Virus record (IMG/VR): IMGVR_UViG_3300027365_000008 | DNA from: a virus | Taxonomy: Duplodnaviria > Heunggongvirae > Uroviricota > Caudoviricetes | Reading direction: 5' to 3' (one strand) | Length of the DNA stretch: 62,834 nucleotides | Shown here: positions 35,184-43,400 of the stretch, piece by piece | Layout: every line of letters starts with the position of its first letter | Numbering within the stretch: the first letter of the stretch is position 1 | Notes under the pieces: generated by a model | Told to the model about the DNA's origin: nothing | Databases searched by the model: none | The model's input: the letters and a program-made list of their open reading frames with translations, nothing else | Translations under genes and position numbers: made by a program

Positions 35184-38100
35184 ATGAACTCACTTGAACA
35201 AATGCTGTATGACTCCGCGCAACAGGCGCAGGAAGTCAATCGTCTTATCAATGAAATCCTTTCAAAGAGTAAGACAGAAGAAGTCATTCTGAATGCGAAT
35301 GGTGAAACTGTTCCTTCTCTGGCTCGTCGTGTTCATCTCTACCTGTCGTCGCTGGTTGCCAGCGGCGCTCTGGATGGTGAAGATGCGATTGGCCTCAGCA
35401 CCGCTAAAATCGATGCAAGTGGCAACCTGATTATCGATCTCACCAATGGCATTTCTCTGAATCTTGGTCGGGTCGAAGGGAAAGATGGTAAGTCGGTTAG
35501 CAATGCCGCTATCGTTGGTACTGATCTGGTAATTACTCTGGACGATGGCACGAACTTCAACGTGGGTCGAGTCGTTGGTGCGGATGGGGTGAATGTTACC
35601 AAAGCCTATATCGACACCGGACGACTCAAGGTTGATCTGTCGGATGGTAGCACTATCGACGCTGGCGATGTGACTCAGTTTGGTGGGGTTGCTGCTCAGG
35701 ATGCAGACATTACCAACGAAGGTGATCTGGTTGTTGTCTATACCGATGGCACGGTTGAAAATGTGGGTCGCGTTGTTGGTGCCAAAGGTGCTAACGGTCT
35801 TAACGTGGTTACCGCCTATGTGGATGGCAAGGGTCAGCTTAACCTTCTGATGTCCAATGGTGATACTATTATCGCCGGTAAGGTCAGCAAGACGGTGATC
35901 GATGGAACTACCAAGTCAGTCCAGAGTGCCACTATCAGCACCGATCCGGCTACCGAAGGGCACCTCATCATTACCCTGTCTGATGGTACCACCATTGATA
36001 CGGGTCGCGTAACCGGTCTTGATGGGACCAATGGTATTGATGGTGCTGACGGTAAAGATATTACCAATGCATCTATCAATACAACGGGCGAACTGGTCTT
36101 CGATTTCTCTGACGGTTCTACTCTGCCGGTCGGGATGGTCAAGAAGACGGTTATCGATGCCTCCAACGTCAGCATTGCGGATGCCACCAAAGACCCGAAC
36201 ACTGGAGTTCTGACGCTGACCGTTTGGGATGGCAGCAATCTTAAAACTTACGATCTGGGCGTTATCGATGGTAAGGATGGGGTTGATGGTGTTGATGGTG
36301 TTGGTATCACTGCTGCCACCTTCAATGGGGACACCCTGACCTTCACCATGTCTGATGGTTCGACCATGACAGCCGGTGATGTGGATCGGAGTGTTCTGAC
36401 CTCTGCCAATGTGGATCAAACCACTGGCGAACTCATTCTTACCTATACCCGTAGCGATGCAACTACCTTCGACAAGAATGTGGGCGTTGTGCGCGGTGTC
36501 GATGGTGTCGATGGTGTCTCTGTTTCCAATGTGACCATGGATGCGTCGGGACTACTCACCTTCACTTTCTCTGATGGCAATACCGTAACCACCTCTGGAA
36601 GCGTCTTTGCACCCACTGAGACGAACGCCGCACTGAGTGGCAATGATCTGGTCATCACCCTGTCTGACGGCTCTCAGAAGACGTTTACGGGCATTGTGGG
36701 GACTGATGGTACTGATGGTGACACTATCACTGGTGTGTCATTCGATAATACCACGGGCACGTTCACTTTCACCGCGTCGCAGTCTGGCGATTTCACCACT
36801 GGTCCTGTTTCTCGAAACATCAAGGATGCCTCGATTGACAGCGCGGGTGATCTCAACATCGAACTGTACGATGGAACTATCTTCCCTTGCGGAAATGTGG
36901 TTGGGACTGATGGTGCCGATGGCAAGGATGGTGCTTCCGTCAGTTCTATCGAGGTTCAAAGTGAATCACTCATCATCACCCTCGAAGACGGATCACAAAA
37001 GATCGTATCTGACATCGTTGGTGCGGATGGTACCGATGGCGTTGGGGTAACGACGATCAATTTTGACGGCACTGATCTTCTGATTAGTCTGTCTGATTCA
37101 TCGACTGTCACTGTTCCGGCTATCAAAGGGGTTGATGGTGTATCGATGGACAGTGTTACTATCGATGCCAATGACAATCTCGTGTTCACCATGTCAGACG
37201 GTACCATTACTCAGTTCTCTGGGCTTGCGGGTCAGGATGGCATTTCGATTGATACCCTGAGTTACGATGGAACCAATCTGAATATCGCTCTGACCGATGG
37301 CACTTCTACCAGTGTGCCTATGGTTAAGGGTGAAGACGGTCGAACCATTACTAACATGGCATTCGATGGAACGAATCTGAACATTGATCTTTCGGATTCT
37401 ACCAGCGTTTCAATTCCTTCCGTGAAAGGTGTTGATGCGGTTGGTATCGATACCATGGTGTCAACTGATACCGATGTCACCACCACTCTGACCGATGGGA
37501 CAACCACTAGCATCCCGTATAGCCAAGCCGTGGACGGCGTGGGTATCGTGGATGCCACAATCGATTTGTCTGATCGTCTGGTCTTCGACATGACGGACGG
37601 AACGACTATCGATGCAGGTCAACTGGGTCGTGGTATTGATTCTGCTAACGTCAACACCGATGGCGAATTGGAACTGATGTTGACCGATGGCACGGTTCTG
37701 GTTCCGGGTGTGGTTAAGGCGACCGATGGCACGTCCATGGCATCTGCTTCTATTGATGCCAACGATGATGTGAGTGTAACGCTCACCGATGGGACGGTGA
37801 TCCCGGTTGGTAATATCAGCCGCATCGAAGTATCCAGCATTGATCTTTCGACTGGCGATCTGATCATCACCCTGTCTGATTCGTCTACCATCAACGCGGG
37901 CCGTGTGAATGGTCTGGACGGTCGTTATGTGACTGGGGCGACCATCGATGCCAATGAAGACCTGACATTCCAAATGAGTCGTGATGGTGACATTCTGGTT
38001 GGTAATGTCATGGGGTCTGCGGGTCTTGCTATCGACAAGGCTGAAGTGTTCCTGAATGGTGATCTGGTTATTACCTATACCGATGGGTCTACCGAGCGTG

Positions 38101-40382
38101 CGGGTAACGTGGGTTCTGGTGCCGGTCTGACCCTCTGGGAAACGGGCAACAGTTATCAACAGGATCGTGTTGTTGTTCACAACGGTGGCATGTATATCGC
38201 ACTGGTGGATGGGGCAACGACCGAACCGCCGTCTACCGAATGGCGTGCGTTTGCGTTTGGTGATGAGATTACCGAAATCCGCAAACCGACCATTGTATCT
38301 CCGTCTGGAACGGCTGAGAACCTGAATCCTGATTTGGTCGGCTCTCCGTTTGCTCCGATTGTATCTGGTGATCCGCGTGACTACCGTGAGTTTCAGGTAG
38401 ACGTTTCCACTGGGGATTTCAGTGCACCGATTTATACGGCTCAAGAAAACTCTGACAGTCATGAAGTGGCAACTGCCCTAACTTCCGGGTCTGCTTATAT
38501 CTGGCGCTGCCGTGATGTGAGTGCATTGACTGGGTATATCAGTGATTGGAGTGATTCTGGTTCGTTCACTACGCCCACTGCGTATATCGATCAGCCTGTT
38601 GTGTCTCTTGATTCGAATGAAGACCCGGCTGCGGCTTCTGGTGCCACGGCGTTTACTTCTAGTCCGTTTGCTGTTACGGCTGGTACTGGTTCTGAAACTC
38701 ATGTCAGCACCGATTGGCAAGTTATCGAAACGGCTGGTGGTACCGTGGTGTCTTCCTCACTGGCGGATACGATCAACCTGACTTCTTGGTACGTTCCGAT
38801 GGGCGATCTGTCTCCGTCTACCGAGTATCAGGTTCAGGTACGTTATAACTCTAGCGCACTGGTTTCCGCTTGGAGTGCGGCGGTGACCTTTACAACCGAA
38901 GCGTCTTTCGACTATCTGGGTGCGCCTAGTGTTGCTTATAGTGGTAGGGATGCAACCCAAGCCTCAACCACCCCGCGTTTCCTGTCAACGCCCCTGAGCG
39001 TTTTGGGTGGATACACGGATACGCATGTGGCAAGTGATTGGGAAGTCGTTCGCAAGTCTGACGGTGTTATGATGTTCAGTTCCTATGGAGATACCACGAA
39101 CCTTCAAGACATCACCGTATCTCCGGCACTGGCACTGAATGAAACCTATCAGGCGCGTGTGCGATATCAGGCAGAGCGTTTCGGTTGGACAGCGTGGAGT
39201 AACTGGCAGGATGTTACGACAGCGGCTTACATTGACACTCCGGTGATTTCAACTACCGAAGATGTGAATGCGTTCCCGCTTGATGGTTTGGTGTCTGCTT
39301 CTGCTTTCTATGGTGTTAACGATACTCACGTCAGCACTGATTGGCAGGTGGTTCAACCTGTAACTCAGACTGTGGTATGGGAATCTCTTGGTGACACTAC
39401 CAACTTGGAGTCAGTGAATGTAAATATTCCTGCTGATTACATTTCCAGTGATCTTTTGATTCGGGTTCGATTCAATGGAAGTTCAGTGACAAGTGATTGG
39501 TCTACTGATCTGAGCGTGTTCACCATAAGCATCGTCCCTATCAATTCTTACAGTGGTTCTTACGACGACACCGTTAAGAAGATTGATCCTAACGGAAGTG
39601 AAGTTTGGACATTCAGTGGGCATACGAATAATGTTTGGGGTGTGGCCGTTGACTCTTCTGGTAATGTCTACAGTGGTTCTCAGGACGACACCGTTAAGAA
39701 GATTGATCCTAACGGAAGTGAAGTTTGGACATTCAGTGGGCATACGAATAATGTTTATAGCGTAGCCGTTGATTCGTCAGGCAATGTCTACAGTGGGTCT
39801 TATGACCAGACTGTTAAGAAGATTGATCCTAACGGAAATGAAGTTTGGACGTTCAGTGGACATACGAGTAATGTTTGGGGTGTGGCCGTTGATTCGTCAG
39901 GCAATGTCTACAGTGGTTCTTCTGACCAGACTGTTAAGAAGATTGATCCTAACGGAACTGAAATTTGGACATTCAGTGGGCATACGAATGCTGTTAACGG
40001 CGTAGCCGTTGACTCTTCTGGCAATGTCTACAGTGGTTCTTCTGACCAGACTGTTAAGAAGATTGATCCTAACGGAACTGAAATTTGGACATTCAGTGGA
40101 CATACGAATGTTGTTCGATCAGTGGCCGTTGATTCCTCTGGTAATGTCTACAGTGGGTCTTATGACCAGACTGTTAAGAAGATTGATCCTAACGGAACTG
40201 AAATTTGGACATTCAGTGGACATACGAATGTTGTTCGATCAGTGGCCGTTGATTCCTCTGGTAATGTCTACAGTGGTGCTTATGATAACACTGTCAAAAA
40301 GATTGATCCTGATGGGGCTGAAGTTTGGACGTTCAGTGGACATACGAATTATGTCATGGGAGTAGCCGTTGACCAGCACTAA
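35184..40382 (+). CDS. Long tail fibre/adhesin A (acidic beta repeats with GxDG linkers, ChtBD-like module, FnIII-like domains, 7-blade WD40 tip)
   Basis: 1732 aa; repeated ASIDxxGxLxxTLSDGxxxxxGxVxGxDG; WETGNSY...YIA...W module; C-terminal 7 x 40-aa repeats. Confidence 0.85.
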   Translation: MNSLEQMLYDSAQQAQEVNRLINEILSKSKTEEVILNANGETVPSLARRVHLYLSSLVASGALDGEDAIGLSTAKIDASGNLIIDLTNGISLNLGRVEGKDGKSVSNAAIVGTDLVITLDDGTNFNVGRVVGADGVNVTKAYIDTGRLKVDLSDGSTIDAGDVTQFGGVAAQDADITNEGDLVVVYTDGTVENVGRVVGAKGANGLNVVTAYVDGKGQLNLLMSNGDTIIAGKVSKTVIDGTTKSVQSATISTDPATEGHLIITLSDGTTIDTGRVTGLDGTNGIDGADGKDITNASINTTGELVFDFSDGSTLPVGMVKKTVIDASNVSIADATKDPNTGVLTLTVWDGSNLKTYDLGVIDGKDGVDGVDGVGITAATFNGDTLTFTMSDGSTMTAGDVDRSVLTSANVDQTTGELILTYTRSDATTFDKNVGVVRGVDGVDGVSVSNVTMDASGLLTFTFSDGNTVTTSGSVFAPTETNAALSGNDLVITLSDGSQKTFTGIVGTDGTDGDTITGVSFDNTTGTFTFTASQSGDFTTGPVSRNIKDASIDSAGDLNIELYDGTIFPCGNVVGTDGADGKDGASVSSIEVQSESLIITLEDGSQKIVSDIVGADGTDGVGVTTINFDGTDLLISLSDSSTVTVPAIKGVDGVSMDSVTIDANDNLVFTMSDGTITQFSGLAGQDGISIDTLSYDGTNLNIALTDGTSTSVPMVKGEDGRTITNMAFDGTNLNIDLSDSTSVSIPSVKGVDAVGIDTMVSTDTDVTTTLTDGTTTSIPYSQAVDGVGIVDATIDLSDRLVFDMTDGTTIDAGQLGRGIDSANVNTDGELELMLTDGTVLVPGVVKATDGTSMASASIDANDDVSVTLTDGTVIPVGNISRIEVSSIDLSTGDLIITLSDSSTINAGRVNGLDGRYVTGATIDANEDLTFQMSRDGDILVGNVMGSAGLAIDKAEVFLNGDLVITYTDGSTERAGNVGSGAGLTLWETGNSYQQDRVVVHNGGMYIALVDGATTEPPSTEWRAFAFGDEITEIRKPTIVSPSGTAENLNPDLVGSPFAPIVSGDPRDYREFQVDVSTGDFSAPIYTAQENSDSHEVATALTSGSAYIWRCRDVSALTGYISDWSDSGSFTTPTAYIDQPVVSLDSNEDPAAASGATAFTSSPFAVTAGTGSETHVSTDWQVIETAGGTVVSSSLADTINLTSWYVPMGDLSPSTEYQVQVRYNSSALVSAWSAAVTFTTEASFDYLGAPSVAYSGRDATQASTTPRFLSTPLSVLGGYTDTHVASDWEVVRKSDGVMMFSSYGDTTNLQDITVSPALALNETYQARVRYQAERFGWTAWSNWQDVTTAAYIDTPVISTTEDVNAFPLDGLVSASAFYGVNDTHVSTDWQVVQPVTQTVVWESLGDTTNLESVNVNIPADYISSDLLIRVRFNGSSVTSDWSTDLSVFTISIVPINSYSGSYDDTVKKIDPNGSEVWTFSGHTNNVWGVAVDSSGNVYSGSQDDTVKKIDPNGSEVWTFSGHTNNVYSVAVDSSGNVYSGSYDQTVKKIDPNGNEVWTFSGHTSNVWGVAVDSSGNVYSGSSDQTVKKIDPNGTEIWTFSGHTNAVNGVAVDSSGNVYSGSSDQTVKKIDPNGTEIWTFSGHTNVVRSVAVDSSGNVYSGSYDQTVKKIDPNGTEIWTFSGHTNVVRSVAVDSSGNVYSGAYDNTVKKIDPDGAEVWTFSGHTNYVMGVAVDQH
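39549..40376 (+). repeat. Seven tandem 120-bp WD40-coding repeats in fibre A
   Basis: Units start at 39549, 39669, 39789, 39909, 40029, 40149, 40269; units 5 and 6 differ at 2 of 120 nt. Confidence 0.95.
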
Positions 40383-40387
40383 ACTTT

Positions 40388-40407
40388 AACCCCTCTTCGG
40401 AGGGGTT
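40388..40407 (+). terminator. Intrinsic terminator with C-UUCG-G loop
   Basis: aacccctc-ttcg-gaggggtt followed by ttcttttt; TAAATA late motif follows at 40428-40433. Confidence 0.85.
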
Positions 40408-40449
40408 TTCTTTTTCCTACCCATCGATAAATACCATTGAAAAATCTTA

Positions 40450-43400
40450 ATGATGGAGATATCGATGGCAACGATCAATGACTACCGCCTAGCTATTGCC
40501 CGGTGCGTCCAAGCATCTGAACTGTATCGAGATGTAATCAGCAAGGACGACACGGCTGTAATTAACCTAGAACACAAAACCATCCCGTCACTCGCCAAGG
40601 TCGTCAAAGACCACCTTAACGCGATGGACTATTCCTCGTATCACGGTAAAGATGCCATTGGTATCGATACCATGGTAATCACGGGAGAAGACCTTGAAGT
40701 TACCCTGTCCGATGGTTCTTCTTTCATCGCGGGCTCCGTGGTGGGTCACGATGCCATTGGTGTCGATAACATCACCATGACCAACGGCGATCTTACGGTA
40801 AGCGAGGATGATGGCACGTCCAATACCTTTACCGGTATTGTCGGAACTGATGGTGAAACGACTTCCACGATTACCATCCACCCCAATGGGGACGTGGAAT
40901 TTATCGATGGTACCGGTGCTTCCACCATCGTTGGTAACATTTCTGATCTGGCGGGGGGCCAAAAGATTGCATCAGCGGGGCTGGATTCGAATGGCTATCT
41001 AACGATTGGATTCACGGATGGAACCAGCACCACGATCAATAAAGATATCACTGGTGAACCGGGCGAGGATGGCGTCTATATTACCACTGCTGATCTGGAT
41101 TTGACTTCAGAAACCATTGGAATGGATTTGACCGATGGCACCACACTGACTGTCAAGAACGTTCCGGTAATCAACAAACCTGCCGCTGATTATGAAGTTG
41201 CCAGCACTGAAATCACTGATGTGAATGGTGAGCGTCATCTGATGTTCACGGATTCTAATCAGAACATCAATGATCTGGGTAACATCGATGGGTCAGATGG
41301 AACGGATGGTGTTGATGGTACCGATTCCACTTACGTCAAGACTATCCATTATGACGATACCAATCTCGCACTGTCATTCACGCTGACCGATGGCACCACT
41401 CTGTCTGCGGGTAATTTCAGCATCGAAAACGTGGCTGGTGATGCCACGGTGACCAATGCCTATACCGGTTCCACGGGCGCACTGCTTCTTGATCTCACCA
41501 TCAATGGCAATGCCTATACACTCCCGTGTGGTAAGATCGTTGGTAAGGATGGAAAAGATGCGGTCGATGGTGGGTCTGTTACGGATGCCTATATCGATCA
41601 AGGTGTCCTTCATGTGGTAGATGACATGAATGGCGACCAAGCCTTGATTCATGTCGATGCAGTCAAAATCGATAAGGCATCTATCTCCCCGAAAGGTGTT
41701 CTGACGTTCTCGCTCACCGATCCTACCCTGCCGGATATTGAAGCCGGGCAAACCGATGGTCTGAATGGTCAGGTTGGTGATGTCATCATTTCCATGTCAA
41801 TCGACAGCGACACCAATCACATGGTTCTCCAATCTGTTCTTGGTGCAACCTATGATGTCGGTGTTGTTAGGGAACCGACGCAAGTTCAAGTCGATATGGT
41901 CAATTCTGAACTGATTTTTACTTTTGCCGATGGTTCGACTGCCAATCTCGGTGATATCCATGGCATCGATGGGGTTAACGGTGGACTTCTGACAGATATC
42001 GCTATCAATGGAACCACGTTGACCTTCACCTTCGATACAGGCAGTTTTGATGTGACGATCAATGGTGTTAATGATGCTCTGGTCGATGATGCCACCGGCA
42101 ACCTCAATGTCACACTGTCTGACGGCACTACTGCAACCTTTGGTCCGGTTCGAGGCACCGATGGGGTTGATGGAAAGGACGGTCTGGATGGCTATTTCCC
42201 GCTCGATGGGGCTGGCATTCAAAGTGATCGTAGCCTTCAGTTCAATATGTCTGATGGTACTACTCTGACCTTCAAGGATATCGAAGGTTATACCGGCGTC
42301 GATGGCGCATACCCGACCGCTTTTCGTGTTGATACCGTCAATAAGGTTAAGACTCTGATTGCCGAAATGCGTCAACCGGACGGGTCTTCCAAAGACCTTA
42401 CCGTGGGTCCGATTGATGGTACCGATGCGCCTTATCCGACAACAATAACGTTCGCCAATGACCAATACACCATCGATATGTCTGATGGTAGTCAGTTTAT
42501 TGTCCCCGGCGTAAATGGCGATAATGCACAACTGATTGATACTATCACCATTGAAAGCGGCACTCGTGAATTTGTCATGACCATGGCAGATGGAACCGAG
42601 TATCGTCCCGGCGTCATTGATGGTGCTGATGCCGATTACATTACTGCGTTTTCGATCAATGCAGATCGTGAACTGGTGGCGTCTCTTGATCTTGCGGGTG
42701 ATCAGATCATCGGACTCATCGACGGTAAACCGAATGTGTGGCTAGACACGCTCACTGTCGATTCTAACGGCGATTTGATTGCTACCCTGACCGATGGTAC
42801 TACCCAGTTCAATCTCGGTCCTACGCAGGGTGTGGACGTGACTAACGTCTATCTGACCCCTGATCTGAAGATTGCGGCTGATACCTCTGATGGCAATACC
42901 GTAACGTCCACGGTGTCATTGGATCGGACTATCAACAGTGCCGGTATCGATGCCAATGATGATCTTTTCATCGATGTGGCGAATCAACCCACTCCGATCA
43001 TTGCGGGTAACATTCCTCCCGGTACGGATGCGGTTCGTATCGACAGTATGTATGTTGCCAGTGATCGTCTCAAACTGGAACGTACCGATGGAACGATTGA
43101 CGATCTTGGACCTCTGAAACGTACCTATGTGAGTGGTGCTTATCTCACCGCCAATCGTGAACTGGTTGTTCAGCTTTCCGATGGAACAGAAACGCCTCCC
43201 AAAGCGGTGCTTGGTGCTGATGGTCGTGATGTGGTTGATGCCTATATCGATATCGATGGCACACTGGTCATCACCATGTCTGACAGTGAAATCATTCGCC
43301 CCGGAATTATCAAAGGTGATGATGGACTGAGCGTTTCTAGTTCTTCTATCGTCAATGGCGAACTGATCTTTACCATGGCAGACACCACACAAATCAATGC

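Noticed and set aside
39549-40376. CRISPR-like array
   Set aside because: Units are in-frame 120-bp coding repeats with no repeat/unique-spacer alternation.
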